DNA of 63,970 nt, filler included, from Myxococcota bacterium (lineage in GTDB: Bacteria > Myxococcota > Myxococcia > Myxococcales > Myxococcaceae): the NCBI GenBank assembly GCA_049322255.1. It is 3 parts of 3 records of this genome, joined end to end, with 100 filler letters (N's around TTAATTAATTAA, not from the genome) between each part and the next. Parts side by side here need not be neighbours in the genome. Positions count along the whole stretch, not along the records: positions 1 to 30,963 come from JBMORE010000038.1; positions 31,064 to 61,731 come from JBMORE010000039.1; 1 more part is not named here. One strand, written 5' to 3'. Shown here in pieces: positions 29,751 to 38,860 of this stretch. Position 1 is the stretch's first letter. Each line of letters starts with the position of its first letter. The translations under genes and the position numbers were made by a program. The notes under the pieces are model-generated. The model searched no databases. It saw only the letters and a list, made by a program, of their open reading frames with translations, and was not told the origin of the DNA.

Positions 29751-30963
29751 ATGAGCGCCGAAACCCTCAGGGTCGGAGAGGTCCTCTCCGGCAAGCGAAT
29801 TCTCTTCGCTGGCTCCACCGGCTTCGTGGGCAAGGTGTCTCTGTCCATGCTGCTCGCGCGCTACGGCAAGGAGCTGGGCAAGGTCTACGTGCTGGTGCGC
29901 AAAGGCTCCTCGGCATCGGCCGAACGGCGCTTCTTCGACAAGGTCGCCACCAGCGAGCCCTTCCAGCCGCTGCGCGACGAGCTGGGCGAGGCGGGCGCGC
30001 TCGAGTTCCTCAAAGCCAAGTGCGAGGTGATCGACGGCGACATCACCGACCCGTGGGTAGGGCTCGACGCGAAAGAGGTCGACGCGCTCGCGGGGAAAGT
30101 CGACGTCGTGATCAACTGCGCGGGGTTGGTGTCCTTCAACCCCTCGCTGGAGGTGAGCCTCAACGTCAACACCGTGGGGGTGAAGAACACCGTCGACCTC
30201 TGTCTCAAGTGGGGCGTGCCGCTGGTGCACATGTCCACCGCCTTCGTGGCCGGCAACCGCTCGGGCTTGGTGTTCGAAGACGAGGAGGTGGCCGGCTACT
30301 TCCCCAAGCGCGACGAGCTTTCCAGCCGTGACTTCTCGCTCGAGCAAGAGCTCGCCGATTGCGAAAAGCTGGTCAGGCGCCTGCGCGAGATGGCCGACGA
30401 CAAGGCGCTTTCCTCGACGTTCCGTCAGCGCGCGCTCGACCGGCTCGCCGAGGAGGGCCGCGACGTCTCCGACGACAAGACCTTGCGTCTGGCGGTCGGC
30501 CGCGAACGCAAGCTGTGGCTCACCGGCGAGCTGGTGAAAGCCGGCATGAACCGCGCCGCCCACTGGGGCTGGCCCAACACGTACACGTACACCAAGTCGC
30601 TCGGCGAGCAGGTCATCGCCAAGACGCCGGGGCTGCGCTACGCCATCGTGCGCCCTTCGGTGGTGGAGAGCGCGCTGCGTTTCCCCTTCCCCGGGTGGAA
30701 CGAGGGCTTCACCACCTCCGCCCCGCTGTGCTTCGCCGGCATCAAGGGCCACCGCGGCATCCCCGCGGGAGACAAGACCATTCTCGACATGATTCCGGTC
30801 GATCACGTGGCGGGCGCGCTCATCGGCATCACCGCGCACACGCTCACCACCCACGAGCGCCGCGTGTACCAGATGGCCTCGGGCGACGTGAACCCCTTCA
30901 TCGCCAACCGCTCGGTGGAGCTGGTGGGCCTCTACCGCCGCCGCCACTACCGGAACAAGACCA
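29751..30963 (+). CDS. elbD: Partial multifunctional ElbD-like enzyme (N-terminal fatty acyl reductase domain), cut by contig end
   Basis: GSTGFVGK, STAFV, WGWPNTYTYTK, RPSVVES, PGWNEG. Confidence 0.75.
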
Positions 30964-31063
30964 NNNNNNNNNNNNNNNNNNNNNNNNNNNNNNNNNNNNN
31001 NNNNNNNTTAATTAATTAANNNNNNNNNNNNNNNNNNNNNNNNNNNNNNNNNNNNNNNNNNNN
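30964..31063. other. Artificial contig linker
   Basis: N44-TTAATTAATTAA-N44, stops in all six frames. Confidence 0.97.
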
Positions 31064-31437
31064 TGCTCGAAGAACACCTCCCCGCTCTGGGGCGACCAGA
31101 TGCGCAAGCCCACCGCGTGGGGGGCGCGGTCCAAGTCGGTGTCGGTGAGGAAGCTCTGGGTCATGTTCCAGTTCTCCCCGGGGGAGAAAGCGACCTCGTC
31201 CCAGGTCTGCTCGTAGACGAGCGCGCCTTCCGGGTCCACCACCTGCAGCACCACCTCCACCAGCGCCGGGGTGCGGCCGGTGTGGGTCATCTCGATGGTG
31301 AAGGTCACCCGTCGTCCGGGCCGCGCCACCGGAGGTTGCACGCCGATTTGCGCCTGGAAGGCGACCTCCGGAGCGCTCACCGGCAGCTCTTCAATCGGCC
31401 CCCCGCATGCCGCCAAGCTGGCGGCGAAAAGTCCCAT
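31064..31437 (-). CDS. Partial putative lipoprotein with Ig-like domain (3' end lost at gap; start uncertain)
   Basis: Lipobox LAAC; beta-rich sequence running into the gap. Confidence 0.55.
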
Positions 31438-31632
31438 GCCCTGAAGGTATGCCCACCGCACGCGCACCCTCCATGCGAACGTCAGGCCGTGGGATGTTTC
31501 GGATGCGAACGAGGAATTTTCAGCTCGTTCGGGCCTTGGTCCCTCGTCGTTGAGGGGAGGGTGCCTCACCCACTGCCCACTCCAGTGGGCACCTCTTTGG
31601 CGAGGAGACGAGCGACCATAGAGAATGCACGC

Positions 31633-32367
31633 ATGTGCACGCTCATTGCTGCGTACCGGCAGTTCGACGGCTTTCCCTTGGTGGTGGCGGCCAACCGCGA
31701 CGAGTGGCTGGACCGGCCTGCTTCGCCGCCGTCGAAGTGGGCGAACGAGGGCTTCGTGGCGCCGCGCGACGAGGTGGCGGGAGGCACCTGGTTGGGCCTC
31801 ACGGCCACAGGCATGTTCGTGGGCGTCACCAACCGCTTCGGGGTGCCCAAAGACCATGCCCGCGCCTCGCGAGGAACGCTGGTGGTCGAGGCCTTGCGCC
31901 AATCGACGGCGGCGAAGCTGCACCAGGCGCTCCAGACGCTTTCCCCCACGCGCTTCAACGCCTTCCACCTGCTCTACGCCGATGCCCAAGGGGCCTACGT
32001 CACTTGGTCCGACGGGAGCTTGCTTCACCAGCAGACGCTCGCCCCCGGGGTGCACATCGTCACCGAGCGTTCCTTGGGGGGCGACGACAAGGCGCGCACC
32101 GAGCTCATCCAGACCGAGTGGAGAAAGCTCGCGGGCCGACTGCCCACGCCGCAAGAGCTGCAAGCGCTGATGCGCCTCCACGGAAGTGAACCGCTGGGAG
32201 GTACCTGCACCCACGTGCCGGCGTTTGGCTACTTCACCCGCTCCTCCATGGTGCTCTACCTCGCCGACGCGCCCGAGCGCTCGCGCTTCTTCTGGGCCGA
32301 GGGGCAACCCTGTCAGACGCCTTACGAAGAGCGCACCGAGCTGCTCGATTTGCTCGCGCGCGGGTAG
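31633..32367 (+). CDS. NRDE/TANGO2 family protein
   Basis: N-terminal MC, AANRDE, GGTWLG, VTNR, SRG. Confidence 0.92.
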   Translation: MCTLIAAYRQFDGFPLVVAANRDEWLDRPASPPSKWANEGFVAPRDEVAGGTWLGLTATGMFVGVTNRFGVPKDHARASRGTLVVEALRQSTAAKLHQALQTLSPTRFNAFHLLYADAQGAYVTWSDGSLLHQQTLAPGVHIVTERSLGGDDKARTELIQTEWRKLAGRLPTPQELQALMRLHGSEPLGGTCTHVPAFGYFTRSSMVLYLADAPERSRFFWAEGQPCQTPYEERTELLDLLARG

Positions 32368-32377
32368 GATGGGCTTC

Positions 32378-33622
32378 ATGGCCGACTCCAAAATCACCAA
32401 GCCCTCAGCGGGCGCTCCGGCGGTCACCTCGCAAACTTCTTCCAAGGAGACGCCTCCCGCTCAAGCTGTGAGCGCTCCGCCATCGACCGCCTGGGTGGGT
32501 CAGCCCAAGCCCAAAGACGCTTTCGTCAGCGGTGCCTCCGTTCGTGCGCCGGCGGCGCTCTCCATCGCCAACCCGGTGACGAACCCGCTGGCCCACGCGG
32601 AGGACTACGGAACGGTCACCAAGGCCCTCGGTGTGGCGCTGGACCGCTTTGCGCAAAAATACCCCGGGGTCGACCGGCGCTTCGCCGGACGCTTTCTCGA
32701 GCTGGCGCTGGGAGTGGGCGCCCAGGTGCCACTCATGGTGTACAGCCACGAGCTGGGGCACGCAGGGGAGGCGAAGCGCCAGGGAATGGAGGCCAGCGCG
32801 CGGCTCACCGGTTGGGCGTCGGGCTACACGAGCTGGAAGTCCACCACGACTCCCACCACCAAGGAGGAGCTGGCGCTCTTCGCGGCGGGCAGTAACCAAC
32901 AGCAACTCAACGCCGAGTACATGTACAGCGTGTGGGCACGCAACGGCACGGCGAACACCCAAGAGGCGTTGGGCTACCTCTTGTCCCAGATGAATACCGC
33001 GCTGTATGCGGCCCGCACCGTGGCTCGGGGGGGCGCCGCGCCCGAAAGCGACGACATCGCCGCCTACCTCGACCGCCTCCAGCAGAACGGTCAAAACCTG
33101 ACCCGCGGGCAGCTGCTCACCATGTCCTTGGCTACCGACCTCGCCTCGGCGCCCACGCTGGCGGCGCTCTTCGGAGAGCTTCGCTTCCTCGCCACAGGCG
33201 ACCGGCAAATCGAAATGCCCACCCTCACCATCGGCGACGTGAAGACGACCTTCCCTCATCTGCACACCTTGCTCACTACCGAGGGACCCGTCCTGGGCGG
33301 AACCGTGGTGGTGAACCCGGACAAGAAGCTGCCGGTGGAGGTCTCCTTCGATGCCCGGGTCGATGGCTCCGCCTTCGCCGCCGGAGCCAAGCTCTATGAC
33401 GTTCCTTTGGCGAAGAACGTCACGTTGAACCCTTTCATCCGCGGCACCATGTACAAGGATGGCGGCGCGGGAGTGATGGTGGGCACCGACGTGCGGGTGC
33501 GGGTGTACAAAGACGCCAGCCTCACCGGCACCGTCGCCTTTCGACACGACGACCTCCTCGCCCAGCCGCAGGGCCAAAAAAACGGCGTCACCGCCCGGGT
33601 GGGCTTCAGCGTGCCTTTCTAG
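32378..33622 (+). CDS. Hypothetical protein with HExxH motif and beta-strand-rich C-terminus
   Basis: Strong GC3 bias; HELGH; ends VGFSVPF. Confidence 0.7.
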   Translation: MADSKITKPSAGAPAVTSQTSSKETPPAQAVSAPPSTAWVGQPKPKDAFVSGASVRAPAALSIANPVTNPLAHAEDYGTVTKALGVALDRFAQKYPGVDRRFAGRFLELALGVGAQVPLMVYSHELGHAGEAKRQGMEASARLTGWASGYTSWKSTTTPTTKEELALFAAGSNQQQLNAEYMYSVWARNGTANTQEALGYLLSQMNTALYAARTVARGGAAPESDDIAAYLDRLQQNGQNLTRGQLLTMSLATDLASAPTLAALFGELRFLATGDRQIEMPTLTIGDVKTTFPHLHTLLTTEGPVLGGTVVVNPDKKLPVEVSFDARVDGSAFAAGAKLYDVPLAKNVTLNPFIRGTMYKDGGAGVMVGTDVRVRVYKDASLTGTVAFRHDDLLAQPQGQKNGVTARVGFSVPF

Positions 33623-33628
33623 GCTGCC

Positions 33629-34513
33629 ATGCGAGCATCCAAGGGAATCCCCCGGCCTGACCGATACCTCTGGCTGATTCTTCCGGCGTTGGTGGGGTGC
33701 GGCGGCCCGTCGACTTCGTGGGTCTCGGAGGAGCCGACCCGAGGTTTGCTGGCAGTCGTGGATGGTACGAATGATGGCCTAAGCCACGGCAACAGTGTCG
33801 GCGCCAGGTTTTGGCAGGGCTTAGGTGACTGCACGCGATCGGTTCACGGTGCGTGCTCGATCACCTCCTGCCCACCGGACGGCGGCGCGGATCCGCCTTT
33901 TCGCGGCGAGTCCGCCTCGGCAGGAGGCCTGGTCTTTACCGGGTTCAAGTTTGTCACAGGAATTGGCGACAACGATGGCACTACTTTGGAGCATCCGTAT
34001 TATGGCAGTACTTCTCCACGCCCAACCCAGATGTGGACCGGCGGGGAGACCATCGCGGTGAGCGCCACCGGCGGCGAGGTGCCCGCGTTCAATGCGAGCG
34101 TCGCCGCGCCTTCACCGTTCACGGTGAGCTTGCCGAGTTGTGCTTCATCGGAGTGTTCCATCGACATCGACCGAACGTCTCCCCTCGTTTTCGAGTGGAC
34201 CTCGGGTCCCGTCGGGGATGTCGTCGTCACTTTGGGTGTCTATGGATGGCGATATCTCGACGAGCAGCCCTTCATGACACGGATACGAATTGCACAACTC
34301 GACTGCCATTACCCCAATGACGTTGGTGGGGCGACCCTCGAGCCCCAGGTGCTCGGGCTTCTCCCCCCTGTCACCGTCACGAGCGAGCCTCCGTTCGACG
34401 ATGCATTCCTCACGGTGTCGCGGCGCACGGCGACTTCCCTCACCCAAGAGGCAGGCATCATCAAATTCGAGGTGCAGTGGGTCGCCCGGAGAGGACCCGC
34501 CACCCTCTTCTAG
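33629..34513 (+). CDS. Hypothetical lipoprotein
   Basis: Lipobox LVGC; ATGGEVPAF segment; more AT-rich codon usage than neighbours. Confidence 0.6.
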   Translation: MRASKGIPRPDRYLWLILPALVGCGGPSTSWVSEEPTRGLLAVVDGTNDGLSHGNSVGARFWQGLGDCTRSVHGACSITSCPPDGGADPPFRGESASAGGLVFTGFKFVTGIGDNDGTTLEHPYYGSTSPRPTQMWTGGETIAVSATGGEVPAFNASVAAPSPFTVSLPSCASSECSIDIDRTSPLVFEWTSGPVGDVVVTLGVYGWRYLDEQPFMTRIRIAQLDCHYPNDVGGATLEPQVLGLLPPVTVTSEPPFDDAFLTVSRRTATSLTQEAGIIKFEVQWVARRGPATLF

Positions 34514-37500
34514 AGGCAGGCGACGTAGTAGGTGACGGACAAGGTCTGCCCCGGCCCGGGTGTCTGCGCCGCGTCGAACTTCACCGCGTTGGCCACCGGG
34601 TCGTAGGTCCAGGCGGTGGAGGTGGCTCCGTCGACCTTCACCTCCAGCGTGCGGCCGTTGGTGAGGTCGGGCGGGGCGTTCAAGAAGAAGGTGGTGCGAA
34701 AGCCAAAGGCGGTCTTCCCCAGGTCCTGAAGCTTCTGCGCCCAGTTGGGAGCGCACACCTCGTCCTTCACTCCGTTGGTCTGGGTCACCATGTACTGGTA
34801 GCGGCCGTCATCGGGGGCGATGTCGTCGTAGGTGCAGCCGGAGGCGGGGCTCGCGGCGAAGGGGCCGATGACGTTGAAGGTGAACATGTTGGCGCGGTTG
34901 AAGCCCTTCACGTTCAGGAAGCGGTTCAAGTAGTTGGCGACCGGCTCGGTCGATTGGTCCGCCGCGTCGGTCACCACCACGATGGCCAGGTTGGCCTCGT
35001 AACGTAAGAAGCCGGCATTGTCCGCGGTGACCAGGGGAGGGGTGATGGCCTTGAGGGAGCTGGAGAGGCCTTTCTCGAAGGCCCCGTTGGTTCCCACCTT
35101 CACTTTCGCCTGGAACTTGTTCACCAGGTCGGGAGTGGTGGGCGTGAGCACTTTGGGGTTGTTGGCGTCGCCGATGAGCCGCCCCTTCTCTCCTTCGGGA
35201 ATGAAGATGCCTCCGAAATTCATCGCGTCGTTGTCGTCGGTGGTGGTGACGCCGATGTGGTAGTCGACGTTGGCCGCCTGCGCGTACTGGATGAACGAGG
35301 AGAAGTTGTTCGCCAGCGAGTTTTGCTTGTCGGACATCGAGCAGGAGTCGTCGATGGTGAGGAGGATGTCCGCCTTGGGCTTGGCGTCTTGCACGAAGAC
35401 GTCGGTCTGTAAGCCGTTGGCGTCGCCGGTGCCGTGCACCGACACCAGGTACGTCACGTTTTGCCCGGACTGAATGGCGTTCACCGCGATGGCTCCCGAG
35501 TCGGGGCCGAAGTCGAGGGGGTGGTAGCGGGCGCGGAAGGTGACCGGCGCGCCTCCGGGCGTCATCGTCAGCCCTCCGGTGGGAATGGGGGGAGTGGAGA
35601 CGAGGTGGAACTCGGCCGCCCCCGCCTGTACCGAGAAGGAGGTGAGGGTCACATTCTGGGTACACACGTTGTAGATGGTGAAGTCGCGGGTGGCGGAGTT
35701 GCAGTCCTTCTTCACCGTGCCGAAGTCGAGGTTGTCGGGGGCGATGGTGAGGCACACCGGGCCCATCGACGTCTGCAAGGGCACCAACCCTTGCGGTTGA
35801 GTGGGCGAGCTGACGTTGAACTGCAAAAAGCCGCTCAAGGTGACCAGCCCGCTGGGCACCGCCACCTGCGGCCACACCCGCACCAAAAGCTGCATCGACT
35901 CGCCCGGCTGCAACTCTTTGGAGTCGACGGGGCCGCCCACCAGCGAATACGCGGGGTCGCTGCCGGCGGCGATTTCGATGCCCGAGAGGTAGCAGATGTC
36001 TCCGGCGTTCTGACCCCGGTTGGTGAGGGTCACCGGCAGGTCTTTGTACGTCGGAGGCGTCACCAGCCCGAAGTTGAGCTGCGCCGGCGTGGCGGCCCAG
36101 TTGCACGGCGGGAGCTGCTGGAAGTCGGCGGTGAGGCGCACCGTCACCTCCGGCTCGTCGGGGTCGTTGGAGTAGAGGGTGAGCTCGGCCTCCTTGGTGC
36201 CGTAGCTTTGCGGGGTGAGGGTGACGACCAGGTCGACCACGTTCCGGCCAGGCACCGCCTCCAAGCCCACCGCCGGGTCGTAGGTGGGGGGAATGCCGAC
36301 GGAGAACTCGCCTGGTGCGGTGTTGCCGTTCTTGGGCACCAAGGAGACGAAGGGCAACTCTCCGGGGCCGCTGGGTCCGACCGAGCCCAGCTTGAGGTTG
36401 CCGTTGGGGTCTGCGTTGGGAGGCTTGGTGCCCGAGTTGAGCACCGTCACCTTGCGCACCACCGTCGCCCCCACCTTGCCGAAGTTGAGCGTCGGTCGGG
36501 GCATCACGGTGATGTTCGGCCCTCCGCCGTAGCAGCTCAAGGCCACCGTGCCGCGCGGCTGTTTGAGAAGACCGGTGTCGAAGGAGACGGTCGACTGCCG
36601 CGGCCCCAGCGAGCTCGGCCGGCAGGCCACTGAAAGTTGGGTGGGTACGTTCCCACCGGGAATGGTGAGGGTGCCGGGGTCGACGCCGGGCGGCGCCACC
36701 ACCACGAAGTCCGCCAGCTGGGTGGCGATGTTGCGCAAGGTGACCGGTACCTTGGAGAGGTTGGTGAAGGTGACCGCCTTCACGCTCTCGGTGCCGGTGG
36801 AGATGTAGCCGTAGTCGATGCTCGAGGGCGTCCACGAGAGCACTTCGTCGGCGCCCTCTCCCAGGAGCGACACCTCCCCCTCGGGGCAGCTCTGGGAGGC
36901 GCGCACCTTCATCGTCGCCTGGTAGCCGCGCAGCTCGGTGGGAGCGAATTCCACGGTGATGCTGGTGGAGCCGCTCGCCGGCACCGGCACCTCGCCCTTG
37001 GGCGGCGGCACGGTGAACGCCAGGTGGTCGCCGCTGGCGGAGGCAGCTTCGCCGACGTTGGCCGTCGCGGGGACGGGGGTGCGGTTTTGCAAAGTGAAGG
37101 AAAGCTGGAAGCGCTCTCCCACCGGCACTTTGCCGAAGTCGAGGGACTTGGGAAGGAGGCAGGTGCCGGCCGAGGCGCCGCCCTTGAGGACGATGGTGGC
37201 GGTCTCCTCTCCGTTGGGAGGCCCCTCGCTGCGCAAGGTGAGCTTCGCGTAGTGGGCCACCTCGGTGAGGCTGGGGTCCTTGGCGTGGGGCGGAGTGAAG
37301 AACATGTCCAGCTCGACCTCCTCGGTCGCTCCCACCGCCTGTCCGGGGACGAAACGCACGTCGAAGGCAGCATCGGCGGCGACCGTTTCGCCAACGGTGA
37401 CCGGGTCTCCCTCCAGCCGCTCCAGGGAGACCAAGGTGAGCAGCCCGCGGCCTCGGTTCTTGATGACCAGCTTCTTGCCCACCCGCTCGCCCATGATGGC

Positions 37501-37662
37501 GGGGCCGAAGTCGTAGGTGGCTTCGCGATTGACGACCTCGACGCCGTTGTCCATCCACACCACGCCGAGCTCGGCGGGCGCGCTGTCCGATTGAGCGCGG
37601 CGGCCGCAGTCACAACCGGCGAGCGCGAGCATCACCAGGAATACCGAGCGGGAACGGGTCAT
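34510..37662 (-). CDS. Large lipoprotein with tandem Ig-like (choice-of-anchor D/ASH-like) domains and C-terminal vWA domain
   Basis: Lipobox LAGC; repeated LDFG..V, SNDPDEP; MIDAS DDSCSM. Confidence 0.82.
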   Translation of the reverse strand: MTRSRSVFLVMLALAGCDCGRRAQSDSAPAELGVVWMDNGVEVVNREATYDFGPAIMGERVGKKLVIKNRGRGLLTLVSLERLEGDPVTVGETVAADAAFDVRFVPGQAVGATEEVELDMFFTPPHAKDPSLTEVAHYAKLTLRSEGPPNGEETATIVLKGGASAGTCLLPKSLDFGKVPVGERFQLSFTLQNRTPVPATANVGEAASASGDHLAFTVPPPKGEVPVPASGSTSITVEFAPTELRGYQATMKVRASQSCPEGEVSLLGEGADEVLSWTPSSIDYGYISTGTESVKAVTFTNLSKVPVTLRNIATQLADFVVVAPPGVDPGTLTIPGGNVPTQLSVACRPSSLGPRQSTVSFDTGLLKQPRGTVALSCYGGGPNITVMPRPTLNFGKVGATVVRKVTVLNSGTKPPNADPNGNLKLGSVGPSGPGELPFVSLVPKNGNTAPGEFSVGIPPTYDPAVGLEAVPGRNVVDLVVTLTPQSYGTKEAELTLYSNDPDEPEVTVRLTADFQQLPPCNWAATPAQLNFGLVTPPTYKDLPVTLTNRGQNAGDICYLSGIEIAAGSDPAYSLVGGPVDSKELQPGESMQLLVRVWPQVAVPSGLVTLSGFLQFNVSSPTQPQGLVPLQTSMGPVCLTIAPDNLDFGTVKKDCNSATRDFTIYNVCTQNVTLTSFSVQAGAAEFHLVSTPPIPTGGLTMTPGGAPVTFRARYHPLDFGPDSGAIAVNAIQSGQNVTYLVSVHGTGDANGLQTDVFVQDAKPKADILLTIDDSCSMSDKQNSLANNFSSFIQYAQAANVDYHIGVTTTDDNDAMNFGGIFIPEGEKGRLIGDANNPKVLTPTTPDLVNKFQAKVKVGTNGAFEKGLSSSLKAITPPLVTADNAGFLRYEANLAIVVVTDAADQSTEPVANYLNRFLNVKGFNRANMFTFNVIGPFAASPASGCTYDDIAPDDGRYQYMVTQTNGVKDEVCAPNWAQKLQDLGKTAFGFRTTFFLNAPPDLTNGRTLEVKVDGATSTAWTYDPVANAVKFDAAQTPGPGQTLSVTYYVACL

Positions 37663-37847
37663 GGGGCAAGCCTCCAAGATGAGGTCGGGGCCGCGCATGG
37701 TGGCCAAGGCGGGAGGCAGAATGCAAGACGCGGCGAGCGCTTTTGTGGAGGGGGAGAGTTTGATCCCCGCCCGCGAGCTGTGTTTTTGTCCGCCGTTCGC
37801 CGCGCGGGTCGGTGCGGCTTTTAGAGCGTTTCGAGGAGCGTTAGGAC

Positions 37848-38852
37848 ATGATGTGGAGAGCGTTGGCGCTTGGCGCGCTGTTCGGTTTCGTGGCGGCGGT
37901 GGTTCCTTCCTGTGGCACGACGCAGGGCTCACGGTGTTTGCGGTCGAACTGCAACGGTTGTTGCGACCCCCAGCTGGGTTGTCTGGCCGGCACTGCTCCC
38001 GAAGCGTGCGGAGCAGGTGCGGTCACCTGCCAGGAGTGCAACACGGGCGAGGCGTGCGTGGCGGGAGTGTGCCGGTTGAGCACCGCCTGCGGGTGCCGAG
38101 ACGCGGTGGACGGCTGCCAGGGAGGCACCACCAACACCTCCTGCGGCAACGACGGTGGGGCGTGCGCGACCTGTGGCTCCGACCAGCAGTGCATCAATGG
38201 GGTGTGCCAGGGTTCCTGCAATGCGCAGAACTGCGCCACCGGCTGCTGCGTGGGCAACGAGTGCAAGCCGGGCAACACCTACCAGGCGTGCGGAAAGAAC
38301 GGCGGAGCGTGTCTGTCGTGCTCAGGCGCGCAGACCTGTCAGGCCGGCGTGTGCACCGCCACCGGCTGCCCCGGCTGTCGGGACGCCGCGGGGAATTGCC
38401 AAGGAGGCAGTACCAACACCGCCTGTGGCAACGATGGCGGGCTGTGCCTGACCTGCAACACCGGCCAGCAGTGCATCAACGGCGTGTGCCAGGGCGGCTC
38501 ATGTAATTCGCAGAACTGCGCGAATGGGTGCTGCGCGGGGTTGACCTGCATCAGTCCGACCACTCCGGCCCAGTGCGGCAGTGGTGGAGCGGCGTGCGTG
38601 AGCTGCCAGGGAAGCGCTACTTGTCAGAATGGGACCTGTACTGGTGGGGGAGGAGACGACGGCGGTTTCGGATCCGACGGTGGCTTCCCGAGCCTCTGCC
38701 AACCAGCGTGCACCTCCACGCAATGCTGCGACTTCTTCACTCAAAAGTGCAAGGCCGGCACCGACGTTCTCGCATGCGGGAGCGGTGGGCAGTACTGCGC
38801 ACTCTGCGACGTCTTCAGCGGAAAGACGTGCGTCAACCAAACGTGCCAGTAG
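37848..38852 (+). CDS. Cys/Gly-rich repeat lipoprotein
   Basis: Signal ending VPSC; repeated CGxxGxxCxxC units; internal duplication CQGG.TNT.CGNDGG.C.TC...QQCINGVCQG. Confidence 0.82.
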   Translation: MMWRALALGALFGFVAAVVPSCGTTQGSRCLRSNCNGCCDPQLGCLAGTAPEACGAGAVTCQECNTGEACVAGVCRLSTACGCRDAVDGCQGGTTNTSCGNDGGACATCGSDQQCINGVCQGSCNAQNCATGCCVGNECKPGNTYQACGKNGGACLSCSGAQTCQAGVCTATGCPGCRDAAGNCQGGSTNTACGNDGGLCLTCNTGQQCINGVCQGGSCNSQNCANGCCAGLTCISPTTPAQCGSGGAACVSCQGSATCQNGTCTGGGGDDGGFGSDGGFPSLCQPACTSTQCCDFFTQKCKAGTDVLACGSGGQYCALCDVFSGKTCVNQTCQ

Positions 38853-38860
38853 CGCACTTA

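Noticed and set aside
30964..31063. TTAATTAATTAA palindrome within N runs (also 61732-61831)
   Set aside because: Identical 100-nt artificial linker; not biological, and gene adjacency across it is meaningless
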